Of a stretch of DNA of 64,000 bases, positions 39,403-50,298 are shown piece by piece. The notes below the pieces were generated by a model that saw nothing but the letters and a program-made list of their open reading frames with translations, did no database searches and was not told the origin of the DNA. The first letter of the stretch is position 1, and each line of letters opens with the position of its first letter. Source of the DNA: Hydrolagus colliei (taxonomy: Eukaryota); assembly GCA_035084275.1 (NCBI GenBank), contig CM068755.1:7750001-7814000 (forward strand), read 5' to 3'. The translations under genes were made by a program, and so were the position numbers.

Positions 39403-39480
39403 CTTAGGGATCTGCCCAGCTTTCTTCTCATAAGATATGGCATTGTGGAGTTTGCCCAGTATTTCTTCCACTGCTTCAAA
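39403..39480 (-). CDS. CART prepropeptide paralog B, exon 2
   Basis: tcgacag|TTTGAA...CCTAAG|gtcagt, 78 nt, translates FEAVEEILGKLHNAISYEKKAGQIPK. Confidence 0.94.
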
Positions 39481-40236
39481 CTGTCGAGAAATAAGTTTAA
39501 AAATAGATATATATATTTAAAAAATAACACTTGTAATTTCCAAACGGTTACATCCCATTATCAATGAGTAAAAAAAAACACGTTTCTCTCCATAACAGTA
39601 CTCAGTAATATGCTTAATATCCATTTTGAAAACATGTCAATCGTTTACATTGTATTTCTTATATGAATGAGGTGTCTCAGTGTTTGAGTTTCCTGGTCTC
39701 AATACACTCTTTTTGTATCAAAAGTTGCAGTCTATCCAAGTAAAATAATTTGTTCCTTCAAAGACCAAACTAATTCACACTACAGTATTATTTTAAATGT
39801 ATAAACAAAATGTTTCAATCGACGTCGGACTCCAAATGTCTATTATTTCCCAAACGTTATGTTCATGTCATCATAACTAAAGTTTCTACAATACGATCCA
39901 ATTGATGGAGTAGTTTACTGAACTGTAGTGAAATAAATACTAGTTTTTATATATATCTTTTAAAAGTTGGGAAAAGAACTTGTCATGAATACAACCTCCG
40001 AAACTCTTTGGATTGTTGTCCTCATTCGGACAAAACTTTCACACAGAAGGTAAAGCCAATTGAAATGGAATTACTTGGAAGAATTGTGTTGGGCAAAGAC
40101 ATTGGAAGAGAGGCAACCTAGAGAAAACTCCATACTATAATATGCATTAAAGGTAGACAGGCAATCGCCCTGTATTAGAATTTTTTTAAATAAAAAAAAA
40201 ACGAATGGAAGGAGGTAAACATGAAATTGAACTGAC

Positions 40237-40377
40237 CAGTTCCTTCTCAGCAGAAGCGTTGGGAGTTTGGGCCGGATAGTCTTCAGCTGGGCTAAGCTCT
40301 CTGGACGATTGCCCCTGGCAGAGGAACAAGAGCAAACTCACACAGAGGAGGCGCCCGAGCAAGCTGCAGCTATCCAT
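40237..40377 (-). CDS. CART prepropeptide paralog B, exon 1 (signal peptide); full precursor 108 aa
   Basis: accATGg, MDSCSLLGRLLCVSLLLFLCQGQSSRELSPAEDYPAQTPNASAEKEL|gtcagt. Same EKEL|gtcagt junction as paralog A. Confidence 0.93.
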
Positions 40378-40386
40378 GGTGCTGAA
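40366..40386 (-). promoter_or_regulatory. RE1/NRSE (REST site) overlapping the CART-B start codon
   Basis: TTCAGCACCATGGATAGCTGC, 18/21 to consensus, with one mismatch in the GGACAG half-site. Confidence 0.7.
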
Positions 40387-40439
40387 CCTACACCCTCTCG
40401 AAGGAGAATCTTGTGATCTGCAAAGGGAAGAAAGGTGTC

Positions 40440-40512
40440 CTTATATAGGCACATTAGACCTGCCTGGCCAACAGCTCCGGGAGCTAATGAATATGGACTG
40501 CAGTGTGATTGG
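40440..40512 (-). promoter_or_regulatory. CART-B core promoter: TATA box and CCAAT box
   Basis: TATATAAG at 40440-40447 and CCAAT at 40508-40512, both on the minus strand. Confidence 0.7.
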
Positions 40513-40591
40513 TTCTGCAGCAGGAAAAAGTCAAGAGATTTCTGCACTTTTCTTTGTGTTAGATGTCAGCAAGAATCTCCAGAGGACCTGA

Positions 40592-40815
40592 ATAACAACA
40601 ACAACAACAATTTACATTTATAGAGCGCCTTTCACGTCGGGAGGACGTCCCAAGGCGCTGAACAGGAGGCGTGTGACCCGAGCTGGGAGGGGAGTGTTTG
40701 GGAAGGGGTGAAACACGAAGGGGAGGTAAAAGAGTTCGGGGTGGAACAAAAGGCACGATCGAAGAGGAAAGTCTTCAAACCGGCCTTGAAAGAGGAAGGG
40801 GAAGAGACGAAATGG
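40592..40815 (-). mobile_element. Well-preserved L2 3' fragment just upstream of the CART-B promoter
   Basis: SSFKAGLKTFLFDRAF, tail stem-loop cagcgccttgggacgtcctcccgacgtgaaaggcgct and (TTG)n; CpGs retained. Confidence 0.85.
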
Positions 40816-43800
40816 AGGGATAGACTGTGGTCAATGAACATTCTGTCAAGTTGTCTTTGCCTGGAAGCTGGATTTCTCCTACAGACCAATTAAGCATATG
40901 CTTATGAAGTTACCTTAGGAAAATTGACACAATGCTTAATTTCCAAGATCAAAAACAGCATCAACCTCTGTACTTTTTACATTTATTTTACAATCATCAT
41001 ATTTTCTGATGTGCTTTGAGTCAACTTTTGCAAATCCAAGTTATTACAACAACAACAACAACTTCGATTTATATAGCGCCCTCCATGCCAGGTGGCGTCT
41101 CAGAGCGCTTCACAGTAGCGGATCCCGGGACCGAGCCAGGGGCAGGGGCAGGAAGGTGACCAAAAACTTGGTTTATTATTAAACCAAATCTTATTGTTGG
41201 AAATGTAACTGGATTAATCCCAAAGAGCGCTGTTCTTCTTGAGTCAAATTGCTAAATCTTTCAACAATATTGAAATGGAAAACACAGCTCCCTAATTTCT
41301 ACAATGTTGTTGGTCATTCCATTTCATCTGAGTGATTTAATTCAATGTATTTCATATGTTAATGACTAAGTTATCTTGGGTGGTATCCTAGATCAATTTG
41401 TTTTTAATTATCTCACTTTTTAATTCTAATATCCTAATATTTTAATTTGTTTTGAAAATCTCATTAACTCCCATTGACAAGATGAATTACTTGTTTTTTT
41501 GGTTAAAAATCACAGTGTGACTAATTGGTGCTATTGCTTCATGGTAATGCTTCTTAGTAAGGTCTGCCATGGGAATTCCACTCTGGAAGTAGATTGTATG
41601 AAAACTCAGATTTCTGCATAATCTACTGTACTTCTAGTTACTGGTTGGAGCCTTGACATATGTGATATGGATTCCTTATTAAGGAGTCTCATTAGGAAAT
41701 AGTGCAAATTAGAACCCAACCATTCTATTGCACAATTTTTTCTTGCTGTGCAATATTAAAATGAAATAGTTTCTGAATACAGTCTGCAGTGAAGAATATA
41801 GTGACAAATAAGTTTTGAGTACTGAATAGTGTAGGGAAGGAGTCAGACTCAATAGGGCATGTTCTCAATGAAGTCACAAGGTAAATGTAACATTGTATTA
41901 AATAATAATCGTCATATTTCTATCAATTTCTAGCAAGTGCCTTCACATTGAGAGAATGTCTCAAAGCACTTCACAGGATTTAATATAAATTGTAGTGACT
42001 AAGTATTTTGCAGATGAATGACTTGTGAAAAACTATGAAACTATGGCACCCATGTCTGAGTATGTGGAGTGCTGTGTGCAGTTTTGGTCTTCCTATGTAT
42101 AAAACACAAGATATTCAGTTAAGAAGATGCACAGCAGGGGGAGACCAGATTAATTCTAGAACTTGGGACTGAGCTATGAAGAAAGATTAACACCTATCAC
42201 TTCCAGAGATTCTCAACAGCCTTATTTCAAATCATGAAAGGTTTGAACATTTTCCTTCTGTACAAAAAAGGTTTGAATCTTTTTCTCTGTGTACAAGATT
42301 CAAAAACATAAGGTCTTACATTCAATAGCCATTCAGCCTCCTCCTTTCAGAATACTCCTATTGCCATCTTCCCATTCCTCCGTTAATTCATTTCTTAAAT
42401 AAAACAAGCTGTTTCTTAAATAAATGATTGACATACATTACCCTCTATACTTTTCCAGGGTAATTATATACATTATAGGAACCATTGTCAGTGTTATTTT
42501 GCTCGTAATTAAACACATGCCTTAGTCCAATAAAATAGTCAAACACAGTTCACTTACCAAATACCCCCTACCATCTATAGGTTCCTACAGCTCAAAGCAA
42601 TATTTTAAACAGTACAAAGTTATCTTTATAATTGTAGCTGTAGCTGTAGCTGTTTGTCACGTCAAATGAGTTCACCATTTTTCATACAGTAAAGTCCTGC
42701 AAATAGCCATGAAGTAAATAACCAATTCATCTGGAAGATTGGTGGCTAGGTTTTTTAAGTATCCTGAAGTGATTCTCATCTGATTTAATCTTCTAGAACA
42801 TCCACCCTACATCCTATCACAGGATCAAGCTGCTTTTTAAATGAGACAGTGTCCTTGTCTCAGCCACTCTTCCTGGCAACCTGAAAGGATTATTATTATT
42901 ATTAACCTGTTCCAAACTTTAATTACCCACTGTGTGAAGAGAAGCTTCCTCGTATCTGTCTTGAAATTACCCTTTGCAACTCTAAGCCTATGTCCTCTTG
43001 TTCTACTGGCTTTGTACAGCGTAAAGTATTGTTCTGGGTTTACTTTTTCAATTCCATTTAAATTATTTCTCTCCCAAGCCTAAATTCAGAGCTCCATGGA
43101 ACTAACATAAAGAGATCTCATTATGTATCAAGAAGAATGAAATCCAGGACCCTGGTCTCTATTACATGGTTCTTTACCAGCAAAGCCACTGCAATAATAT
43201 TGCTTAAAAATTATGCCTCTTCTTATCGGATCTGAATGGAAAGGAAATTACTTCACAATATAATTCATCTAGTAGTAGATTCAACTTATTGCTCTCTTGT
43301 TTTTGTCGGTTGTTGTCAATTAAAATACTTCAGGACACTTAAAAAAATCTAACTATCATGTCCTTGTCTATTGGCTTCATATTTTCAGGCGCAGGAGAAG
43401 GCCCTGCAGCATACATTTTCCTTGTTTCAGGCAGCAGAAAAGCATCTGATAACTGCTTCTTGTAGCATTAATAAGGTCCTTTGGGTGGCCCATTATTTAG
43501 AATGTGTTTTGAACGATTTGCAGCAATAATAATATCAAGCATTTAGCTTGACTGTACTTAGCAGCAAATGAAGTGAAGTACTTGAAAATGTCATTGTGAT
43601 TAATAAGAATTATTTCTGTATTTCCCATGCTCACCTTTCGCTCTCTTTGCGTGAGGAAAGGCATCACAGATAGTTACACAGTCAAGTATTGATGGAGCTT
43701 GAAAATCATTTAAACCAAAGATAATTAGCTTAACAAGAGTTGTTGCCATACATTTGTTTGAAATAATGATTGCCAAATATAACTTATATGTGTGTATGCA

Positions 43801-45064
43801 CGCTGCAAGTTATAGTGAAATAGAGAACCTGTGTTTAGATTGGGATGATTCAAGGATGGAAATGAACTGTAAAGAAATGTCACATGAAATGGCCTTTAAC
43901 TGGGGATACATCAAGAAATAAGAGCACATATATATAAAAGAAGAAAATAACTTATTCCACATCAACCCCCAACTTTTTCTACAAGCCAAATGCAAAATAA
44001 TTGCCCTACCCTCACTCCACTCATTCTGTTTTGTTGGGAATAGTATTTATAATTACTCCCTGGTCTTCAAAAGTAATTGCGTATGGTTTAAGAGGAATCA
44101 AACAGAAATCATTCAATGCTGGCCTGCCATCCTCCTAGCTATTCATTGCCATCCCAGATAAATCGGGTCACTGAGTACTGGGGAGCAGGAGGTTCTGGAT
44201 TTGAATTCCAGAGCTATCCATTCAGCCCTTAAAAAATTATATATGAATATAGTTCCTCAGAAGGAGAGATAAGCAATTTCTCCACCCGCTTTTCTGTGAA
44301 GTTGTTCAGTTCCATTGTTTGTCACGGTGTAAAAGGCAATTTGTTATCATTGTGTGTAACATTCTACACCTAAATTAAACTTTCTCTTTATTTCTTGCTT
44401 GACAAAGAGCATTCCAAGGTGCAGAGAGATGTTGCATATTGTGGCTTGATATATTTTACTTGAGTTAGATGGCTGCAGGTTCAAAACCTTAGGCTACTGT
44501 CTGCTAGAGGCAGGACTGAATCGTTTCCAGAAAAACTTATCCAAAGCTAAATAATTGTTTTAAAAAAAAGTAAATGTTTGGATCAACAGGCCACTTAATG
44601 TAATGTCTGGTTAATCCAAAGACTCCAGCATTCAAATCAATGTGGATGGGATTTACTTAGATTCTCAGAAAGTGTTTGAGTTTGGTGTAGAATTTGCTGC
44701 ACTGTTGATGTCGTACTGACATACCTAATAAATGATACAGTACAGAAAATTAAGACACGTGTTTTCTTACTGTTGGCAAGCTCTCTTCATTAAATGTCAT
44801 CCATCAGTGTACAACCACCGCTGAACCAATTATTTAGAAATCAAAAGTAGCTGAAGGGTAAAAGTGGGAAGGAGGGATTTTACTGGCTGTGATTAATTAA
44901 CACTCCACATGCTTCAGTTTACATAAACTGTTGTCTCTTTCTGACAGCTCAGTGGTAATAGAACCTCAAACAAGTTTCCAGGCTCTGGACTATTAGCTAC
45001 CAGTCAGGCTATTATCATCTCTGATGCTGTTTACAATTAATTTCTCAATGACCACTGCACCGTG

Positions 45065-45358
45065 TACTAATAATCCTTGTATTTGATATAATGTATAGCT
45101 TTTCACATCGTTTGGACGTCTCAAGGAGCTTCATAGAATATCCTGTAAAGTGAAAGTGTATATTTGTAGATGAAATACGGCAACCAATTGCATACAGCAG
45201 TGTCCCACAAACAGTCGTGAAAAGGTACCAATTCATTATTATTTTTTGAGGAATCATTATTAGGAGTGTGGAGTAAAGAAACTTACCCAAGGTTTCGCCC
45301 TGTCAGGAATCAAATTCACTTGTAAGGCGAGTGCTCTAACCATTAAGCTACAGGACTC
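45065..45358 (-). mobile_element. tRNA-derived SINE
   Basis: Head at about 45355, body and (TTA) tail as in the 34151 family. Confidence 0.8.
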
Positions 45359-45639
45359 CACAAGTACGATTGTTTCCTTTATACTACCAACTTTACTTTT
45401 GATCTCTTGCAAATTGTTTCAAATATTGCTGTTAGGGGTAATTTCTTTCAAGTATCTTCTTATTTACCATCTGAGTGCTAAAACATAATTTTTTACTGGA
45501 CAAATTATTTTTATTTATGTAATATGTGTGAAAATAATTTTCAGTGTAGCTCTGCAAGCATATAGATATAAATTAAGGAAAATATAAAGAAATTAATGAG
45601 ATTTACTTTTGTTTTGACAGCAATTGTCTCTGGTGCAGT

Positions 45640-46100
45640 TCATAGATAGATTCATAGAATTTTACGGCACAAAAGGAGGCCATTCGGCTCATCTAGTCTG
45701 TGCCGGCTCTTTGAAAAGAGCGATTCAATCCCACTGCCCTGCCCGCTCCCCATAGCCTAATAGACCTGTTCTCCCTAAATAAAGATCTAATTCCCTTTTA
45801 AAAGTTGTTATCGAATCAGCCTCCACCACCTTTTCAGGCAATGCATTCCAGATTCGAACAACTCGCTGAGTGAAAAAATTTCTCCTCAGCTCCCCTCTAC
45901 TTCGCCTTGAAACTATTTTAAATCTGTGACCACGAGTCACAGATTCGCCCACGAGTGGAAATAGTTTTTCTCTATTTACCCTGTCGAAACCCCTCATGAT
46001 CTTATAAACCTCTATTAGGTCTCCCCTCAATCTTCTCTGCTCCAGAGAGAATAACCCTAGCCTATCTAGCCTCTCCTCATAGCTGAAGTCCCTCAATCCT
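45640..46100 (-). mobile_element. CR1 LINE 3' end (ORF2 C-terminus plus 3' UTR), 5'-truncated, frame intact
   Basis: SYEERLDRLGLFSLEQRRLRGDLIEVYKIM...TRGH...RRNFFTQRVVRIWNALP...FKRELD, followed by a 3' UTR ending in ATTCTATG-like repeats. Older CR1 pieces at about 8720-9030, 13870-14110, 18060-18370, 20390-20570, 32430-32800, 42060-42320, 42890-43060, 55360-55535 and 63380-63800. Confidence 0.93.
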
Positions 46101-46317
46101 GTTGGAGATGTATCGATGTGAAAAGTGATATAGAATTGCAAGTTCTTTCTATCTTCATAATATCCATTAGATCATACATTGCGACTTCCATTCTGTGTGT
46201 ATTGATGCAAAAGAATAAATCTTACGTTTGATATAATGCCTTAGCACATCATTGAGACATCTCAAAAAGGTTCAAAGTATATACTGTAAAGTGAATATAC
46301 CTTGCACTGTATCTTAG

Positions 46318-46648
46318 AATAATAATAAAATAATAATACTACTTGCTTTTGATATAGCGCATTTCACATTTTATCGACATCTCAAAGCGCTTCACAGAAT
46401 ATACTGTAAAGTGAATTGACTGTATATTTGTGGGTGAAATGCACAGCCAATTGTGTCCCACAGTGTCCCACAAACAGTTGTGGGTTGAAATGACCGATTT
46501 TATTATTGTGGTGTTTTTTTTTTGAGGGATTATTATTCGGAGTGTGGAGTCAGGAAACTTGCCCAAGGTTTCGCCCTGACCTGCCTGGATTCAAAACACA
46601 GGTCTCACGCTTGTAAGGCGAGTGCTCTAACTACTGAGCCACAGGAGC
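46318..46648 (-). mobile_element. tRNA-derived SINE, near full length
   Basis: Minus-strand head gctcctgtggctcagtagttagagcactcgcc, body and (TTA)n tail. Confidence 0.85.
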
Positions 46649-47349
46649 TTTTGTGGATGAAACGCAATAGAACAGTCTGCACAAGGCAATGCGCAACGAA
46701 ATACAATATGCATTTGATAGAACATTTAGAATTCATTTTTAAGTGGATTGTCATATGGTTTCCAAATTGAAATATGCACAAATAAAATGGAAGAGGTTTA
46801 TATTTAGTGAGAATGCTCTAGACATTCCCTCGAATTAATCTGGCTGGGCAAACAAGTATTCGTGTAGTTTAACATGCACCAAGCAGCTAAATTAACCATT
46901 GTGTAGGTGAATAAAGTCCTAGAAAATGAAATGTAATATTTCCCTTTGTATTCACTGCTGACAGCAGGTGATTCTGTAATCCCTGTCATGATTGATAAAT
47001 TAGACAATTTGGATTCTTCCGTAGGCATGAGATTGCACATGATTAATCCAACTTGCAAATATTAACTTCCCAATATCAGATATCTGAGTAAATTGTACTA
47101 TTCTCAAGAATTATTCTCAGCAGCCTATAAAATGTGGCTTGTTCAAGGCAGTGCATTTGAAATCAGAACACTCGTCTCAATTAAAAAGCAGCTTGATGCT
47201 GTGATTGGAAGCAAATAGGGTGATTATTCTGCGATAAACTCAGGTGAGTTGAAGGATCTTCCTCATTCTAACTTGTGATTTTGTGAAATGAAGACAATCT
47301 AAAGTTTCTTTGATTAATGTTGATGCACTGCACAAAAGAAAGTATCCTA

Positions 47350-47850
47350 ATAATAATAATAATACATTCTTGCATTTAGTTCAGCGCCTTTCACATCGGG
47401 AGGATATCCCCAAATGCTTCAAAGGAATTGTGAAATGGAGTGACTGTGTATTTCTGAGCAACTGTAGAAGGCAATTTTCGCATTGCAGTGACCCACAAAC
47501 AACCATGAAATGAACGACCAATTTTATTTGGGGGGGATTAATGGCCATAACACAGGGAGAAACTCCCTTCTCTTTTTGAACAGTATCGTGGGATCTTGAA
47601 CGTCCACCTGAACAGGCAGAAGGGACCTTGATTTTAACGTGTATTTGAAAAGAGAACGGAGTTTCTCCTGCTGTCCTGGTCAACAATCTCCCAAATAAAA
47701 TTGGTCATTCACATAATGGTTGGGACATTGCTGTGTGCAAATTGGCAGCCGCATTCACTCACGCAATAATCATTCCGCTTTACAGTGTATCCTGTAAAGC
47801 TCTTTGAGACGGCTTGACTACATGAAAGGTGCTGTATCAAATGTAAGGAA
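47350..47850. mobile_element. Head-to-head pair of Deu-domain SINE fragments
   Basis: Minus copy at about 47350-47645 (aggtggacgttcaagatcccacgatactgttcaaaaagagaagggagtttctccc) and plus copy at about 47645-47850. A similar arrangement occurs at about 55535-55850. Confidence 0.7.
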
Positions 47851-48451
47851 TTTTATGTTTAATTCTTCCTTATTAATATCCTTATTATTAGCATTAAAGC
47901 CCTCCATGTCCTCGCCCCACCCTACTTCTGCAACCTCTTCACCCCTTACCAACCTGCCCACCCCCTCCGCTCAGCAGGCTCTGGCCTGCTCCATGATCCC
48001 CTGCCCCACCATTGGCGGTCGAGCCTTCAGCAAACCGCTCCCAACCTCTGGAATTCCATTCCCGCAGTCCCTCCACCTCGCCCCCTCCCTAGCCGCCTTC
48101 AAGTCCCGCCTCAAGACCCTCTTTGATGGTACCATCGGTCACCCCTCACTCCCCTTGTTTCTTTCTCCCCTCCCCGATCCCGACCCCAGCTCGGGACTGA
48201 AACACTGACTGGCCAGCGCCGTGGCACATCATCCCGATGTAAAAGGCACTAAACAAGTGTAATTTTGTGGCTGTGGTCAGAGACAGCTTAATTGGAACAT
48301 TAATTTCATTAATTAGTGTCACAAGACACTACATCAAATACAAACAGTTAATGCAGCTCAACAGGTCCCCTGTTTCCGATTGCCGTAGTAACAGTGCCAC
48401 CACGTGGCTATGGAGAAGCACTGCAAGCAAACTGAACATTAGGATTACTGA

Positions 48452-48614
48452 AACAAAAACAGACGTTGCTGGGGAAACTCAGCAGGTCAGGCAGCATCCA
48501 TGGAGAAAGGAAAGCGAGTCAACGTTTCGGGTCTACAACCCTTCGACCCGAAACGTTGACTCTTTTTCCTTTCTCCATGGATGCTGAGTTTCCCCAGCAA
48601 CTTCTGTTTTTGTT
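48452..48614. repeat. About 160-bp imperfect palindrome (Penelope-like/MITE-like)
   Basis: Left arm aacaaaaacaga...gagtcaacgtttcgggtc and right arm gacccgaaacgttgactc...tctgtttttgtt. Confidence 0.85.
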
Positions 48615-48616
48615 AA

Positions 48617-49100
48617 TGATTGACAGGGAGTAGGGCGGAGTACAGACAGTAATTGACAGGGGGTGGGGCGGAGCCAGACAGTGATTGACAGGGAGTGGGG
48701 CGGAGCCAGACAGTGATTGACAGGGAGTGGGGCGGAGGCCAGACAGTGATTGACAGGGAGTGGGGCGGAGGCCAGACAGTGATTGACAGGGAGTGGGGCG
48801 GAGGCCAGACAGTGATTGACAGGGAGTGGGGCGGAGGCCAGACAGTGATTGACAGGGAGTGGGGCGGAGGCCGGGCTGTGATTGACAGGGAGTGAGGCGG
48901 AGGCCAGACAGTGATTGACAGGGAGTGGGGCGGAGGCCAGACAGTGATTGACAGGGAGTGGGGCGGAGGCCGGGCTGTGATTGACAGGGAGTGGGGCGGA
49001 GGCCGGGCTGTGATTGACAGGGAGTGGGGCGGAGGCCAAATATTGATTGACAGTGAGTGGGGCGGAGTACAGACAATGATTGCTAGGGAGTGGGCGGGGT
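48617..49100 (+). repeat. 33-bp minisatellite, about 15 copies, in the TTC23 promoter
   Basis: Unit GTGATTGACAGGGAGTGGGGCGGAGGCCAGACA, with variants ending GCCGGGCT. Confidence 0.97.
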
Positions 49101-49108
49101 TTGTGGCG

Positions 49109-49140
49109 GTTGCCAGGGGAGCGGCTCGGGCGCCATGTTG
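49109..49140 (+). promoter_or_regulatory. RFX X-box-like site and YY1 motif at the TTC23 promoter
   Basis: GTTGCCAGGGGAGC (49109-49122) has a perfect GTTGCC half-site; CGCCATGTTG at 49131-49140. Confidence 0.55.
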
Positions 49141-49186
49141 TCGCTCACTGGACCGGCTGAGCCGTTAGAGGGTCAGGTTTAAAAAT

Positions 49187-49275
49187 ATGAGTAGCCCCGT
49201 GTTTAGCGGCCCCCCGCAGGAGGTTTGTTCTGAAGGGTCTCAGAGACTCTTGTCGCCAGGAGCAGACGAGAGGGG
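49187..49275 (+). CDS. TTC23: Tetratricopeptide repeat protein 23, probable coding exon 1
   Basis: ATG 49187, MSSPVFSGPPQEVCSEGSQRLLSPGADER, strong donor GG|gtgagt. Phase 2 matches the next exon. The N-terminus itself is not recognisably conserved. Confidence 0.6.
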
Positions 49276-49726
49276 GTGAGTTCCTCCCTGACGCTGATTC
49301 CTTGTTTAAGTCTCACTCCTCCCTCGAAGAAATGGCTTTTTAATTGTCGAGAGAGAGAGAGAGAGAGAGAGAGGCACAATAAACAAAACCCCCTCCACCA
49401 TCAGCCAGGACTCAGGCAGCAGCCAGGCCTGCAAATGGCCTCAGCTTCCCTGGGAGGTGGCGGGGGGGGGGAACAGAGAGAATAACAGTGTGTGTGTCCC
49501 CAGTGTGTAAGTAACACAGATGTGATGTGAGGGCAATGTTAGGGTGGGCTGTGGTAGCCACGATCATTTACTGCTGACACTCACTTTCTGGGCTTCACAC
49601 ACGAATAATGCCTTCATAATACAGTACAGTTTATACAGTGCATTTTGTTTAATGCGGGGAGGACATGATTTCCCAGCACGGAAGTGCTTCCTTCACACCT
49701 GGCTAGACACCCAAACTGGGACAAGC

Positions 49727-50020
49727 TTAATAATAATCCTTGCATTTGATACAGCGCTTTTCATGTCTTCTAGACATCTCAAAGCACGTCAAGGAATATA
49801 CTATAAAGTGAATTGACTGTGTATTTGTGTGTGAAACGCAGTAGCCAATTGCACACAGCTGTAACCCACAAACAGTCATGGATTGAAATGGCCTTTTTTT
49901 TCTTGACGGATTATTATTATCAGTAAGTAAGGAAACTTGCCCAAGGTTTCGTTCCTGCCTGGAATCGAACCCAGGTCTTTTGCTTGTAAGGTGGATGCTG
50001 TAACCACTGAACTGCAGGTC
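49727..50020 (-). mobile_element. tRNA-derived SINE in TTC23 intron 1
   Basis: B box GGTTCGATTCC on the minus strand; family body and tail. Confidence 0.82.
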
Positions 50021-50298
50021 TCCACATACACATGACAAAGGAAATGTTCTTTGCCCAATGGAGGCAAGGTCAATGCCAGTCTACTTTTTATTGATGATAC
50101 GTTAAGGGTGCAAGAGAGTCCATTTCATAACTTGCTGAGCACAAGCAGTCATTGTTGTAGTCATCATGAAGGTAGAGAGACCTGTGCTATATGGATTGTA
50201 ATCCATCACGTTGCTGTGATACTTGCTTGTGAAAAAACATATTTAGTTGTGTGATTCACACAACATTTCAACGGTGTGTCTTTATTCCCACCATCCAG

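Noticed and set aside
40439-40449. CCTTATATAGG as an SRF CArG box
   Set aside because: It has seven A/T between CC and GG, where CArG needs six. Better explained as the TATA box.
45725-46141. 138-aa ORF as a host gene
   Set aside because: It is the C-terminus of CR1 ORF2 from a 5'-truncated insertion.
48519-49168. Repetitive ORFs (LRPTPCQSLSG)n, (SAPLPVNHCLA)n and (QTVIDREWGGG)n, and a superficial CRISPR-like look
   Set aside because: These are by-products of a 33-bp minisatellite that is open in several frames. There are no unique spacers or cas genes, and the context is eukaryotic.
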